Assembly: GCA_043228905.1 (NCBI GenBank)
Contig: JBHGNT010000018.1
Coordinates: 13,640,001-13,704,000 of the forward strand
Direction of reading: 5' to 3'
From: Azolla caroliniana
Taxonomy: Eukaryota; Plantae; Polypodiophyta
Length of the DNA: 64,000 bases
Made by a program: the position numbers and the translations under genes. The notes beneath the pieces were generated by a model, which made no database searches, had not been told where the DNA came from, and worked only from the letters and a program-made list of their open reading frames with translations. This document shows positions 50,197 to 64,000 of this stretch, piece by piece. The first letter of the stretch is position 1. Each line of letters starts with the position of its first letter.

Positions 50197-50925
50197 ATGG
50201 TATGCAGCTTCCTACAGGGGGAAAAACAATGGTCAGGCATACGCTGATGATTCCTTCTTTCAACCTAGGTAAACAAAACAACACGATCAACAATTTAGAA
50301 CAAGCATGCACGTCTTGGAGTTATTTGCTTTAACAGCAGGATTCAAGACCAATTTCACAAAGACAATTTCCCTTTTACAAATTGTATGGCATTCTGTCTA
50401 TTGTGCAACCCAATTAGTTGGTCAGAAAAGTGGTGAGCTTCATGGTCTGCAGCTTCCTACAGAGAAAATAAATAAATTTGGTCAGACTTGCTGATGATTC
50501 CTACTATTTACAATTTATGACCATGCAAGCTTTGAAGTTGTTTGCTTTAACATCAAGATTTAAGATCAATTTCACAACGCCAAAATCCCCCCCTCTGCAA
50601 ATTGAGCCATGGTATTCTCTCTATTGGAAAACCCAATGAGTTGGTCAAACCTCTTGTATATCCTCTGACATGGAATAGCTCGGCAAAAGCCTAAAAACCC
50701 TAGGTATTATTAGAAAAGATCAATGGAAAGATGCAGGACATTATCCAGTTTCCACTTCACGTCAGATTGAGAATCATACAATCAATATGTATTGCTTGCA
50801 TTCAGTTCTACCTGCTACTTATTGCTTGGCCTTGCCAGAAAATCAATAAGTTCATGTCAGCAATGCTCAAAAACACTTTTGGACTTTGGAAAAAAAATAT
50901 CATAAGAAAGAACTTCACTTGTTAA
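50197..50925 (+). mobile_element. LINE RT fragment, locally duplicated
   Basis: AYADDS at ~50237 and LADDS at ~50488, each followed by GFKTNFTKT-like (GLKIN) sequence. Degenerate ~245-bp direct repeat. Confidence 0.55.
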
Positions 50926-51797
50926 CAAAATTCCAAACTTAACAAGCAACAAAAACCTAACAAGAATGATAAAAAATTTATGAGAATGGAGATCAAAATA
51001 GAAAACAAATTCCAAACTTAAATCTACAGCAGTAACATTTATGTTGCACTAGAATGTGCTTGCCTAAAAGCTGCAGTATTACATGATTTTGCTAAAAAAA
51101 CGCATCAGTGGGCACTCATGCTTGCAGACATTATTAAAGGTTTGTTTTGGACATTCCACATGTATCTTTTATGCATGTCTTCTTTGAAAATAGTGATAAT
51201 GTCTTGTAATCCTTGGTACATAATTGGTATCCCGCACCCTCTCATTTTTCATGCTTAACATCCACATTTTCATGCTATTTAAGGATGTGAGCTTTTGTCA
51301 TGATCCAGGGACAGGTATTATAGATAAGCATTATATTATTGGCCCATGTTTCCACCTAATTTAAACACTCCGCTATCACCATAATCATAAAAAAGGTTTC
51401 AACCTATGTTTCAACCTAAACCACTTAGATTTCTTACTTATGAGGTATATATGATAAATAGTTCTTTTTTACAGTCACACAATAAGAGATATTGGCAAAA
51501 TAGAGCACTAGCATTATTTCATCCACCGATCATATCACTATTCAAAACTTGGACAGCATAGCTTACCTTCCAAATGTAATTCACTCAATATTTTCTTTCT
51601 CATGTGACAACCAGTAAATAATATAGTAAAATATCACACTCAATATTTGGAGTTTGTTAAGGCTCCTTTACGTCAAAGAAAGTGCGAAAATAAATTAAGT
51701 TGAAGTTCAACCAAACCTTTAATTTAAAGAAAATGCAAAACAAAAAAGTTGAGCTGAAGTTAAACCAGAGGTGTTAAAAAGTACCGTTTTTTGCAGT

Positions 51798-54700
51798 TCA
51801 AGAAGCAGATCTATATTCCTCTATTTCTTCCAAAAACTCCTCTTCAGTCCTCAGTTGCCCACAGACATTACACTCCATAATTGTTGCTGAAGTGACATCT
51901 TGAGATGGTGGAAGGGGGGCCAACGTACCACCACAGCTCTCATCTGGGCACAAATACTTAACAAAGAATATAGCATGAGGAAAGCTTCCCTGTGCCTCCT
52001 CATCTGAACCCATTGATTCTTCTGCTTCTTCTTCTTCTTCTTCTCGATCATCATCTCCGTCCTCCATAATATCCTCATCTTCATGATCATCTGCATGTTT
52101 CAATGCAATATCGTGGTCGTGGTCATGGTCGTGCTCGTCCCCCCTGTCCTCGGTGCTCCACTTCTCTTCAATCTGGCATCGTTCACAAGTACACTCAAAA
52201 CCATATTCTTCTTTCAGCTTTCTCTGCCGCTCTGCAAGTGGCCAATTGATGGGGAAATAGCTTATGCAAACCTCAGTACCTTCAGAAATCTCATGAAGAG
52301 ACCGGATGATAATATCCGTATTTCCAACCTCTGGCTTGTCCATGTAATCAAACCTGGGAAAACATACAAAGAGAACAATAATGAATCTATGAAAAATATA
52401 TGAGTTTTCCAATGCTAAGTATCAATCCTAGATGGGGTACTGTTATGAAATTTGAACACACATGTTAACATTATTAGCCATGTCAATATAAGGTTTGTCT
52501 ATGCTCATAACACCATCTTATATACTTACCATTTTGAATAATCATTAATCGATAATATAGTGATTACAGTTCATAAGAAATTTATGTCTGGACTTTGTAC
52601 TCACTTGCATATTGCAAAACTGTTTTGATTCACATTTTAAGTGCTTGTCAAAGAGCCTCAAAATACTTCATTTCACACTATCTGGTATCATTTGGTCTGT
52701 GAATATATTCCATCTACTTGGATTTTCCTTGCATGTTAATTCGCAGAAGAATTTACCTAAGATGATGCTACAAACCATTCACATATGATCAAACCTTTCT
52801 GAGCTTCAGGTACAGCACATAATGCCTCACTTTTGACTATACTGAAATTCATTTGGTACACAACACTAACAGTAGACAAAGCATTGGCCACTATGTTATC
52901 TTTCCCTTAAAAGACGTTAATATATCTTTCTTTCTTTCTACAATACTCAATTTCCATATGGAATTCCACATGAGTTACTGACAACCAGCCTAACCAACCT
53001 TGATTTCTAGTTTATCACAGTACTTCAAAGTGGCATGGTCAATCAAGACTTAAAATTCTTGCTGCCTAGCAATAGTCAGATCATATACTACGCGGACTCC
53101 AGCACGTCAGCTAAAGCAGTGGCTAAGGAGGCATATCTCTGGATGAATTTCTAATAAAAAATATCTCAATTCTGAGACATTACTCCGTGTTGGTTAACAT
53201 AGGATGACAGAGACTTTTGGAACATGCACCCAGACCCCATCTGTGGATATCAAGTGGCATAAACTCAATGACCTTCTCACAGAAAAAAGTTTTCTTATTG
53301 TAAGTGTATAACCTGTGGTTCTTTAAAATTCCTCGCCCTACTAATGAATGTGTTGGTCTAGAACACCTGTATATCATCAACAAAATCAACAAATCAACCT
53401 ATTATCAAGTGAAACACCTTACTCATCAACATCATGAATGTATCAAGCATAGATAGATGTATCATCTGTGGGCTTCTCCTCCCAACCTTAGGATGTGCTT
53501 TTAGATAGCTGGTTCGATGCCGAAAGGCAAGAATATATGTCCAACCCCTTGCCCACATAACGTTTGTGTTGTATGCCAACACCTTTTCCCAAGGCCATAT
53601 TAGGAGGATTTCATAACACTTAAGAGTCATGACAATAAGGATGTTAATTACCACCCTCAAAAGCCGGTTTCTCCCAATGTTATGTCTCAAACAATCTACT
53701 TGACATTATACGAGTTAACTCCTCATATCATCCCCACTAGTGGAGGCCCTCCAAACAGTTTGTTTTATCAAATGGATGACAGAGTTAAACATGATGACGA
53801 CATTGATGAAGCAAAAGCAGGAAAAGGGAAATGATATATCCTTAGGCTTCTCCTCCCAACCATAGGATGTGCTTTTATGTAGTGCACTCCATGCACAAGG
53901 GCTAGTACGCATGTTCATCCCCTAGCCCAAAGAACATTTATGTTATATGCTTCTCAATAAATCTACTTCAAATAACTAGCGTATAGCTTCCCATACCACC
54001 CACACTAATAGAGACCCTCCAAATTGTTTGTTTTGTCCAAAGGATGAGAGAGTTAACACCAAATACACCCATGTACTATTTGAAGCTCGTAAACACGTTG
54101 TTGAGTCAAGTAAGAACGGTTCGTTCCACTTGGAGGTGAAGGGTTGATTTTGTAGAAAATGTAGGGATCTTAGACTAACTCTCACACAGCAAGATCACTT
54201 TAAGGACTTAAGCAAATATCAATAGATTAGAAAAAAACGTGCTTATGATTACAATGATGTAGAATGGTTTATACAATCCAATATCTACCGGAGGTAGGAA
54301 ACACAACTAACAATTACTATGTTCACAATTTTCTAACTATGTTCACACCTAACAATTACTTAACTAGGTTCACACTATTCTAAGTATGTTCATGCCCAAC
54401 AGTTCCTTAACTAGGTTCACACTATTTTAACTATGTTCACACAAACACTTTCACAGCATACACGTGTAACAAACCCCCCTGAAGTGAATGGTGTGAACTT
54501 GAATATCGTCACTATCCAAGTGTTGGAAGAATGCCCAATTCCTTGCGAAAAATGTTCAAACTTTTGTCCTGATACAGCCTTTGTAAAAATGTCTACAATA
54601 TTTTCATGAGTTGGTACATAGACCAAGTTTATCGCTTTCACATGGAATTGCTCCCTCACATAATGATAGTGCACCTTTGTTAGGGATATGTCCCTCCTGT

Positions 54701-57700
54701 GGGAGGGGCCGATTGTTCGGCTGAGTAAGAGCCAACAGTCAAAGACAAGGAGTAGCCGACTAGTCAAACTGAGAGCCAACAGTCGAAGACAAGGAGAGTC
54801 GATAGTAGATGATCCAAATCGAAGACAAGACCGACTAGTCGGGCCAACCGGATGGTCGACAACAAGGCCGACTAGACAGTCGACATAGGAGTCGGCTAGT
54901 CGAAACGAATAGTTGATCAGTTGGCTGATTAGTGACTGTTACTATTATTATTAGATAATAATAATAACAGACATATTTGTAGATAGCCCATACTGTGCTG
55001 AGTTTTAAATACCTCTAGGGCAAAACTTTAGTTGAGTAGAACAGAAAGTGTAGAACAGAACAAATCAGAGTAGAGTTTCTGTTGTTGTATAGTTTAGTGC
55101 TACAGAGAAGTGTGTAAGCGGCGCCATAGCTGTGACGCCAAGAGCCCTGCAAGGCTGATACACTCTATTTGAAGAGTGTTATAATCTGTTTTATCTTTGT
55201 ATATTCTCTAATACTGTGGACCTCTGTTCCCGTGGTTTTCCCCGTTTAGGGTTTCCACATAAAACTGTGTGCATTGCGTATTTGTCCATTTTGCTGTTTT
55301 CGCATTCTGCCTGTACATTTCAGCATATCTTCCTCACTGATTTACGATCCCATTTCAACAAATTGGTATCAGAGCAGAGGTGCAGAGATGGAAGGTGTGA
55401 GTGGCTTCCCAGGAATTATGGTCCTGAACTCACACAACTACGCAGACTGGAAGATCAAGGTGGAAGATCTTCTCATAGTCAAAGATTTGTACGAGCCCAT
55501 CGACAGAGACGAAATACCCACAAGGGTATTGGAGTCTGAATGGAAACTCCGCAACAAAAAGGTTGCGGCCACCATTAGACAGTGCGGCACATAGTTCAAG
55601 ACTGAACTAAGAAAGTGCTATGGGTGTCACAAAAGAAGTATGTGACAAAGGTCCTAGAAAGATTCAACATGTCAGAAGCAAAGACGGTCGGTTCGGCATT
55701 GCCAATAAACTGCAAGTTGAATGCTAAGCAATATCCGAAGAGCGAGAAAGAGAAGGCCGAGATGAGGAAAGTACCATATGCCTCGGCTGTCGGTAGTTTG
55801 ATGTATCCTTGGTCTTTACGGGACCAAACTTAGCATTTGTTGTGGGAACAGTAAGCTGATATAAGAGTAATCCAAGAAGAGAACACTGGGCAGCTGTTAA
55901 ATGGATATTCAAGTACTTAAAAGGCACCTCAAGAGAGTCGGAAAACCAATGCTCGAAGGATTTACCGATTCTGACATGTTAGGGGATGTAGACTCAGGTC
56001 GATACATGTCAGGATACGTGATGACCTATCCAGGGGGAGCAGTGTCGTGGGAGTCAAGACTGCGGAAGTCCGTGGCCTTGTCGACCACAAAGGCAGAGTA
56101 TATGGCTGCAGATATCACTTAGAAGACTTAATGAAATATCAATAGATAAGGAAAAAATGAGCTTATGGTTACAAAGATGTAGAATGGTTTATATAGCCAA
56201 TATCTACAGGTAGTTGGAAACACAACACAATCACTTAATTAGGTTCACACTATTCTAACTATGTTCACACCTGTAAACAATCAAGTATGTGATTGTGTGC
56301 AACAGAAATGAATGAGAGGTGTGTGTGTGTGTGTGTGTGTATGAGAAACGGAGAGAGAGTCGACTAAAGGTAGACACAGAAAACTACATTTCACAAGAAT
56401 GATAACCGACCAGTACACAAAGGAAAGGAGAAGGTGCTTATATGGTCACCTTCTCTCAACATTCTCTTACTACAACTACCTCTCGAGAAAGGGGGGAAAC
56501 CTTAACTACCTCATAACTATGTATCATACAAGTTAGATCTATGACACATTAGTTATTGTTGCATGGTAGTGGTGTGTTCACACACTTGTATATTCCTAAG
56601 GTGTGTTCACACACTAGGCAAAGATGAGTTTGATTGTCAACAACACCTAACTGTTACGTAACTAGGTTCACACTATTCTAAGTCTGTTCACACCCAACTG
56701 TTACTTTAACTAGGTTCACACTATTCGAACTATGTTCACACCAAAGCTTTCATAGGACACACTAAAGTGTAATAGATTTTAGATTTGAGAATAGGGGCAA
56801 GATATGAGGAGACTACCTTTCTTCCAATATGATCCTTCAAGTATGGTCAGACTTATGGCAGCTATACATAAGGTCGGTTGGATCACATTTAGATAGATCT
56901 TTGCCTTGAAGATGTTATATTATTGACACATGTTAAAGAAAATTCTAGCAGAGGGATTCGATCAGCTACGTTGACAAATGGACATAAACATGCCTCACAT
57001 CAAATAGGTTAGCTCTATTGTAGACAAACAAAGATTATTACATCCATACCACATTGCAATTGAGAGGACAGGGTAAGTGCTGATTCGAGCTTACTTCAAA
57101 GCATGCTACCCCATGTATTTCAATCTACACCATCTGATTACTACATTCTGGAAGTACCAATACGTTAGCTGCATTTCATCATTCCAAAGCAGTTCGCAAA
57201 TGCATTACCCTAGGCATTTTGAATTTACATAGATTTGGGAGCCGCTACACTCTCATGATCCTTGTACTACAAGGTTGAGTAAGAATCTCATACTTTGCTT
57301 TCATCATTCTTGCACCCTTCTATGGCACCACTTACAACAGCAGAAAGACATAATGATACACCTTTGAAAATGTGATATGAGACAATTCATCTAAATGGAT
57401 GATGTTGGCCTTTAATAGGCATTTAAAAATCATCTTTCTCGTCATACATATGTCTATACTCTAACATGAATCTGGTTAAATCTTAAGATCAGGCACATAC
57501 CTGCATGCATTGGGTAAGCAATTATGGTTGATAAATGAAGCTTGGGCATAGATAGCATAAGCCCTGACCTGTCGTTCACCAGATTCAGGCATCGCGGCAC
57601 TAAATCCAAAAGTATTCCTCTGATCTTTCGCAAGAAGCAAAGCCACAAAGTCAACAGACCAAGATGGCAAGTCAGGGCATTCCAACCGTGCCGCTCCGAC

Positions 57701-58213
57701 TAATTCCTCAATGAATGCATGTAAAACATGGACTCTCTCATCAACAATTCCTTCTCCTTCAAGGACGAGCAATTGGTCGAACGATTGAGGAGACACAATG
57801 GCAAGGTTATAAGCTGCAACAAGGAAACGGGCTTGGGTTTGCACATCAAAATCAAGAGACTTTAATGAGCCAAGTCGAGACAGGGCACCGCACACAAAAG
57901 GATTGTGGGTGGTTGTGGGTGCTGACATGGCACAAGAGGGGCTGCAGAAGAAGGAGGTGGCACAAGACGGGCATGGGGAGTATGAAGGAGTTGTTGTTGT
58001 TTGTGTGGATAATGAAGAAGATGATGAAGATGAGGGGCGGGCGCAGTGTGAACAAACAAGGGTAGAGGAGGTTGTAGCAGCGTCTAAGTAGATGAGGAGA
58101 GGGGTCTCTTGAAGCAAGACCTCACCTGCCTGAATGTGGTGGGAGGCCACCATACCTCGACCTCGTGAAGGCAGGTGGGAGAGCTTCAGCAGCAGCGACG
58201 CCGACCCCATCAT
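51798..58213 (-). CDS. ASHR2: ASHR2-like SET/MYND histone-lysine N-methyltransferase
   Basis: Exon 1 58213-57501: RGRGMVA, CSHC..CPSC..FCSPSC MYND, SFINHNCLPNAC. Exon 2 52353-51798: FDY..EGTEVCISYF, YGFECTCERC, FPHAIFFVKYLC..CGGTLAP..MECNVCG. The phase-2 GT-AG intron (52354-57500) restores ACR|FDY. Confidence 0.93.
54130..54677 (-). mobile_element. Copia 3' end (RNase H tail, PPT, LTR) in ASHR2 intron
   Basis: VHYHYVRE..YVPTHENIVDIFTKA, PPT (plus strand AAACCCCCCTGAAG) at ~54471, and an LTR ending ..TGTAACA at 54470 with ~19-bp TAACTA(T/G)GTTCACAC repeats. Confidence 0.7.
54678..56115 (+). mobile_element. Internally deleted Copia (LTR, PBS-Met, gag start joined to RT/RNase H tail)
   Basis: LTR TGTTAGGG..TTCAACA 54678-55360 and PBS TGGTATCAGAGC 55364-55375. 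LNSHNYADWK gag is followed within ~150 bp by SQKKYV..VPYASAVGSLMY and VALSTTKAEY. Confidence 0.85.
56272..56642. mobile_element. Solo LTR with perfect TSD ACACC, nested in an older LTR
   Basis: Termini TGTAAACAATC..GATTGTCAACA. ACACC is at 56267-56271 and 56643-56647. The host LTR (~56115-56770) resembles 54196-54470. Confidence 0.85.
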
Positions 58214-58214
58214 C

Positions 58215-58328
58215 GCTCTGCCTCTGCCTCTGCCTCTGCCTCTGCCTCTGCCTCTGCTATGTACTCCTACTACTTAAACCCTAGTTAACCCAATTCCTCC
58301 TCCTCCTCCTCCTCCTCCTCCTCCTCCT
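58215..58328. repeat. (CTCTGC)n and (CCT)n repeats in ASHR2 5' region
   Basis: Visible directly upstream of the start codon. Confidence 0.9.
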
Positions 58329-58560
58329 ATAGGTTATACATAATCATAACTAACTAATTAGAGACCATTCAAACATCTGCTGCACTAAATTAGTTAATGA
58401 CTCCCAATGATAATATGTACCTAAGAAGAGTCCACTACGCTCTCCTCTATCTTTCTTTGTCTTTCTGCCAAAGTCGGTAATTAGCTTACCTTAGTGGTAG
58501 GTTGTTGGATCTGACACCCAACTTTCACACCTCTCTGTCACTTCAATTTTACTTGCTCAA

Positions 58561-59070
58561 TAGCAATTGGCAATGAATCGAACCACATCTTAATGGCTTA
58601 AACAATTCAATCTGGTTCAAGCTTGAATGTTTGTAAATTGTTCAGTTTAAGGTTCTAATGGTTTCATTCAACTCAATTTGTTTTAGGTTTATAATGCTTT
58701 CTTAAATATTAAATTGTAACGATTTTTGAACATTTTCATATAAGGATAATGTGTGTGATTACATATAAGAGAAGGGGTGAAAAGCTCATAAAAGTGTTAG
58801 TGTTACAATTAAGTGCTTGTTAATGAAATAAATTATCTTCGAATTTTTGAGTGACAATCATTGAGCTGCCAATAGTTTGGTCGGGATCAAAACCGAAACC
58901 AAATCGCAAAAACCATGGTTTAATGGCTTAACGGTTTGTATATCTCTAGAACCATTTAGTTTGAGCTTGGAAATTCCTATAATGGTTCCTTAACAATGTT
59001 TGATTTGTAACCATTTGAGTTTGAGACTCCCAAACTCCATTGAACTAAATTGTATTGTTGTCGATTGCTA
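58561..59070. mobile_element. Degenerate hAT-type MITE, same family as 38926-39378, in ASHR2 promoter
   Basis: Ends TAGCAATTGGCAA / TTGTCGATTGCTA with similar internal AACC/GGTT motifs. No TSD is recognisable. Confidence 0.65.
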
Positions 59071-59799
59071 CAACTGAGCTACATCCATATGGTGTCTCTA
59101 TCTCTCTCATGGTTATTGAACCGTAAACCCTAGGTCATGTTAATGTCTCTTGAATCCTTAATGTCTTAGGTTATGCTAATGTTTGTTGAATAATTAAATG
59201 TTAATTTATGTTAAATAGATGCATTAATCTCTCCTTAATCTTGTGGTAATGTATGTAGATTCTCTTTGATAATGTTTGTCAAATCCCACGTTGATCCATA
59301 CTTACAGTTAGAGATTATTTCTAACGGGGCATGAAATAAGGAAATAAATGATAAATAGATAAGAGAAAGAGAGGGAAAGAAGGGCGATGATCCAGTCAAC
59401 TCCCCTAAACGAAGGGATCGAGATGGACTCAAGCTTGATTGGTGTCCCATACCATTGCCATGGCATCGAGTCGTACTTGGTATTGGAGCGCTCGCTACAA
59501 GAGTTTGTTCACCACAAGATCACAATCTCGACGTAATTGAATTATGTGTCTAATGAGGGTAGTTAGGCCTCATATTTATAGCCAAACATAAGGCCCTCAT
59601 ACAACTTCATACTTGCCCATTATGGGTTGTCTCAATTCCTAGGATTAAAAGTAATCCTCCCTTCTTGATAGTATTCCTACGTACAACTTACCACGGGATA
59701 AATTATGGTCATGCCCATAACACTTACTCCCTAAGTCAATGTTTGTTAAGTTTCTATGTTAATCCCTAGTGACCTTTGTCCTAGACCCCTTGAATGGAT

Positions 59800-60880
59800 T
59801 CATTGGTTACCGAGATCATGATTGTGCATGCACTTATCGTTCCTTCTTTGTCCCAACTCCGGACTGACCTGCAACGAGAAACAGTTCCGACAAATTGTCA
59901 GAACCCTAATCTATCTTACTATCACCTGTCCCAACATCGGCTATCTAGTCGGGATGATCAATAAATTTATGCAGAAGCTGACGGGTATGTTAACGACACG
60001 GTATAACCGAAAAGCTAGTCGGATATACAAATGTCGACCGGGCTGGTGATGTGTCGGATCGTTGGTCAACATACGGATTTATGTTCTCTCTTGGTAGCGC
60101 GGTTGTTGTGTGGAGTAGTAAGAAGCAACCGACAGTGGCTCTATTGAGAACTGAGGCTGAGTATCGGGGTGCTACCGTTGCCACCTATGAAGCCATTTGG
60201 CTTCGACGGCTGCTGCAAGACCTTCGGCTCGAAGTACCAACTCTGATCCTGATCTACTATGACAACATAAGTAGCATGCAACTGGCCAAGAACCCTGTGT
60301 TCCATGCTCAAACGAAGCACACAGAATTGCATTATCACTTTGTGTGCGAGCGGGTCCTCATAGGTGAAGTCAAACTTCGATATGTTCGGACGGATCGATA
60401 GGTTGCCGACATCTTCATCAAGGCACTCGGAATAGACAAGTTGCAACAGTTTTCGGAGATGCTTGGCTTACAACATCTCGACATGCCACACTTGAGGGGG
60501 AGAACCGGAACGGAAATTGGGAAATCAGGCAAAGGCGTTGAACAAGAAACCGTAGAGAAGGAAACCGAAACAAGGGGAGACAAGAAGAAAAAGGAAGTTG
60601 CACCGACTAAAGAAGTTAGCACATCCGAACAAGTCGGAACAAGTGGCGACGATAGCAAAGTCAAGAAGGACAGAGTTGACCAAGAGAAGAGGACCAAGTC
60701 CCAGACATGGTCTAATGTGGTGAAGGGCCTGAAGATTGAGGACATATTGGAGACAACCAATTCTTACAAGAGTTGGAACGAATTGGAGGCACCTGATTCG
60801 GAAGAGGTGTTCGATCAAAGGAGCCAAATCAACTTGAGGCCAAGTGAACAAGAAGGTAGCGTAAGTCAACAACGACACGG
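59800..60880 (+). mobile_element. Copia RT/RNase H fragment, same family as 40834-46887
   Basis: WSSKKQPTVAL..EAEYRGAT, AKNPVFH, and the shared tail HLRGRTG..GDKKKKEV..WSNVVKGLK. Confidence 0.85.
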
Positions 60881-62660
60881 TGTCACGTTATTCCGCGTAT
60901 GCGTGCGAAGCTTGGCAGGACCACAGGGGCCTCAAACCAAGGAGCCTAAAAGAAGAAGAATGGGAGGGAGAATAATAATTGTAGAAATGATTATCATCAA
61001 CAACCAAAAGCAATAAACTGCGGGATAGCATTGGACACAACCGGTTGGGTTGGGAACAGAGTGACACAACGAGGAATTCCGACAACAAATAGAATTGATC
61101 AGATTACAACCGGCTCAACCGGGAGCTCAACTACGAGCTCAACGAACAACACACGCACCGAGTTACCACAAGGAGCCTCTAACGAGAGCACACGGGCTTC
61201 CTACGTGAGCAGAGGTGTCCGGCCGAGTAGAACGTCAACAGAGGATACGAAGATAGAGCGCGATTGTTCGATTCCCAGATCAACAACACTTCCTTCTCTC
61301 CCCAAAATGCGATACCTCACTAAATCCTCTCTCCCTCCTTTTATAGACCAAGGAGAGAGAGGATTGTTACATCAAGTAGTTAAACCGTCGCTTCAGACTG
61401 AGATTCTCCTCGATCTCCTCGCATCACTCTCATATCCCATTGAATCTGTGTGAACACTTAAAGTACATGTTAAATCCTAGTTCCTAGCGTCTATTAGTCC
61501 TATGTTATTTTCATGTGTCCACACCCGGAGGCTAAGTTTGTCTATATACGTGCAAGCGCCCGATCCTACGTGTTTGGCTTTATTTCTCCCCAAGGCCGGA
61601 TTTCGCCATGACATCCACCCCTACCAAACCGCACATCCACCGGTATGTGCCGAAAGAAGAAAGTCGTGAAATCTGATTGCTCGTCACTCTTCATTCTCCG
61701 AACCATCGTCCCCCAATCGTTGACTCTCCCGTCTTCATTGGCTCCTTCCGGATCATTATGTTCACCCTCGCAATCCGAGTCTAGCTCATCCTCATGCCAC
61801 TTCTTGAAAACCTTGATCTGCTTTCCCGCGACCGGTACCGCTATCCGTGTTCCATCGAGCTCCGCAAGATGGTACATGGCATTGTCGTTTGCACTTGTCA
61901 CCACATAGGGCCCGAACATCTCCTCGCGAATTTCCGCATCACCTTATGTTGGTTGTCGAGGTTGCTGCCATAAACCAACACCTAGTCACCTTCCTCGATC
62001 TTCTTTGGTTTCAGCCGGTGTGTCCAGTCGAATCGGTCCTTGTTCTTCTCCCTGGCCACGTACAACTTCGCTTTCGCTCGTTCCACGTCCTCCGGTCTCT
62101 GCTCAAGATGGTGAATCCGCATGGCTAATAGCTCCTCCCGACTCATTTCGTCTGTCCAGCCGATCGCCACCCATGAAGAGATTGTCCATTCCATTGGCAT
62201 GATCGGCTTCTGCCCATACATGAGATCTACCGGCATAAACTCGATCATCAAACTGTGCGTAGTTCGGTCCGCCCACAATGCGTAAGGTAAGAACCTTGGT
62301 CAATTCCCGACTTGTCCCTCGTAGGCCCGTACTAATGCCTTCACAATTGGCCCGTGTTCGTGCTCCACCTTCCCGTTCGCCTCCAGATTGTACGCCGTCA
62401 TGAGAGAGAGTTTTAACCCTAACCGGCCGAACAACTCTTCAACTTCCTATGCGTCCAGCTCTCCCCGGTAGGCCACGATCTTCCCCACGTATCCGTATCG
62501 TCAAACCACCTCTTGGATTAGGAATCAACATACGGCCGCAGTCATTTTGTTCTGCAACACGACCCTCCACTTGGTTCGTCAGATCCTCTCGCGCAAGCAC
62601 TAGGTACCGCATTTGCCCCACTCGCACCGGCATTGTCACTAGATCCACCATCCATTTGAA
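60881..62660 (-). mobile_element. Gypsy 3' end (integrase, PPT, 3' LTR), related to the LTRs at 1901 and 28589
   Basis: LTR TGTCACGTT..CATGACA 60881-61613 and PPT 61614-61625. Integrase: YLVLAREDLTNQVEGR, YNLEANGKVE, FGPYVV. Confidence 0.85.
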
Positions 62661-63204
62661 GTGGATGGTCAACGGGTAGGTCGATGTTGTATGTTTTAGG
62701 GTTAGGGTTAATGGTAATGATGATTGGTGATGGAGATGGTGTGTTTGATGAGGATGGGATTGATGGTGAGAGAGATGGCAAGCATTGAGAAGCATTGTGG
62801 GGTGGGGGGTCACGGGTGGTGCCTAGAATGGCTCCACCCCCCTCCTAAGGGGGTTCAACGTTAAGGGGGGGGGGGGGAGGGAGAGAGAGAGAGAGAGAGA
62901 GAAATGGTTATTGTCTTCATTCATTCCCCATAAGGGGTTAAATAGGTACAAAGGGGTAGATCCACAAGGGTGCAAGCCCCCTTGGCATTCACACCTAGTC
63001 ACTCACTCACACCTCTTTGTATCTACCACACTCACACTTACATTCACACTCATAATTGTATAAAATCACACATACATATCCACACATTACATCTTTCACC
63101 CTCACTTATCGCACTTATCAATCACCCGTACATCTCGTACGGTAACACAATATGGCACACTCGTGGGAGAGTGCCTTGCACGTCGATCCCACATGCCTTG
63201 ATCA

Positions 63205-63465
63205 TAATCTTTCTTCGACAAGAATTTTCATCGGTCCTCTCAACGATCGACTCCCTCGATCGGAGCGCTTGACTCAAACATCGTTGTCGGTCAGCGAATC
63301 TTCATCGACGCGAACATTCTCGTTCTGTCGTTCACGAAGTTCGGTAACATCAACGATCGACTCCCTCGATTGGAGCGCTTGACTCGAACATCTCCATCGG
63401 TTAGCGAATCTTCATCGACACGAACATTCCCATTCTGTCGGTTCATGAACTTCGGTAACATCATT
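63205..63465. repeat. ~110-bp tandem repeat (2+ units)
   Basis: CAACGATCGACTCCCTCGAT.GGAGCGCTTGACTC starts at 63241 and 63351. Confidence 0.8.
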
Positions 63466-64000
63466 TGGGTTGTCAAAAAAACGTCGTATGTATGTGTGTT
63501 CTTCTTTGTATCTTGTGAGTTGTGTGTGGATCGTGTCCATTTCTTTTAGGTTCATGAGTTTTTGAAATTCCGTAGGTGCCCTTTGATTTTTAAAATTCTA
63601 TCATGTACCCTTATGTTTTTAAAGTTATGCTTGATACCCCTTAAATGTTTTAAAATTTCATGGATGCCCTCATCTCCGTTTTTCCCTCTCTCTTTTTTCT
63701 GTTTGCTTTTGTCTCTCCCACTCGTGTTTGTCTGTCCATGCCTTTCTCTTCTTCCATGAATTCTTCTTTCTCTTCCTTCTCTGTTCATCAACGGCTACAT
63801 CTCCTTCCGCTTCTTCTTCTATGCATTTCCCTTCTCTCATCTTCTTATTTTCTGCATGTCTGCATCTTTCTTCTCTGCATTGTCTTTGTTTTGGTTGTTG
63901 TGGTTGGTCGTCTGTCCAGCCCATCTGGCCACTCTGGCCACTGTTCGGCTATTCTGGCCGCTTCGGCCGCTTGGCCGCTTGTCCGTCTCCATCTCCCGCT

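Noticed and set aside
57715-58091. Plus-strand ORFs overlapping ASHR2 exon 1
   Set aside because: They are antisense shadows of a real coding exon.
59200-59740. Possible additional LTR ending ..CATAACA with a PPT-like flank
   Set aside because: The second terminus and TSD could not be defined.
62695-62709. TTTAGGGTTAGGGTT telomere-like repeat
   Set aside because: Only about two units, too short to call an interstitial telomere.

Overview
AT-rich land-plant genomic DNA, probably from a fern or other seed-free plant (inferred from the TE lineages and proteins, not proven). There are four apparently intact host genes: a TGA-type bZIP factor (+, 8 coding exons, 11662-14987), a CASP-like membrane protein (+, 3 exons, 18703-20611), a single-exon chloroplast DnaJ11-like J-protein (+, 48225-48839) and an ASHR2-like SET/MYND methyltransferase (-, 51798-58213, 5.1 kb TE-filled intron). 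The rest is nested, decayed TEs: Ty3/Gypsy, Ty1/Copia, solo LTRs with TSDs, LINE fragments, a hAT transposase relic and hAT MITEs. The most unusual object is a non-chromovirus Gypsy element (~25100-36859). It has an aspartic protease domain downstream of integrase, an array of ~11 palindromic TCGAGGAG-n-TAA-CTCCTCGA hairpins whose motif recurs in its own LTR, and ~4 kb of extra ORFs behind a strong splice acceptor, two of them coupled by an ATGA overlap. A Tf1/Tcn1-type chromovirus fragment (2500-5385) shows signals for tRNA-independent self-priming and a -1 frameshift cassette. All coordinates were read by eye and no database searches were run.
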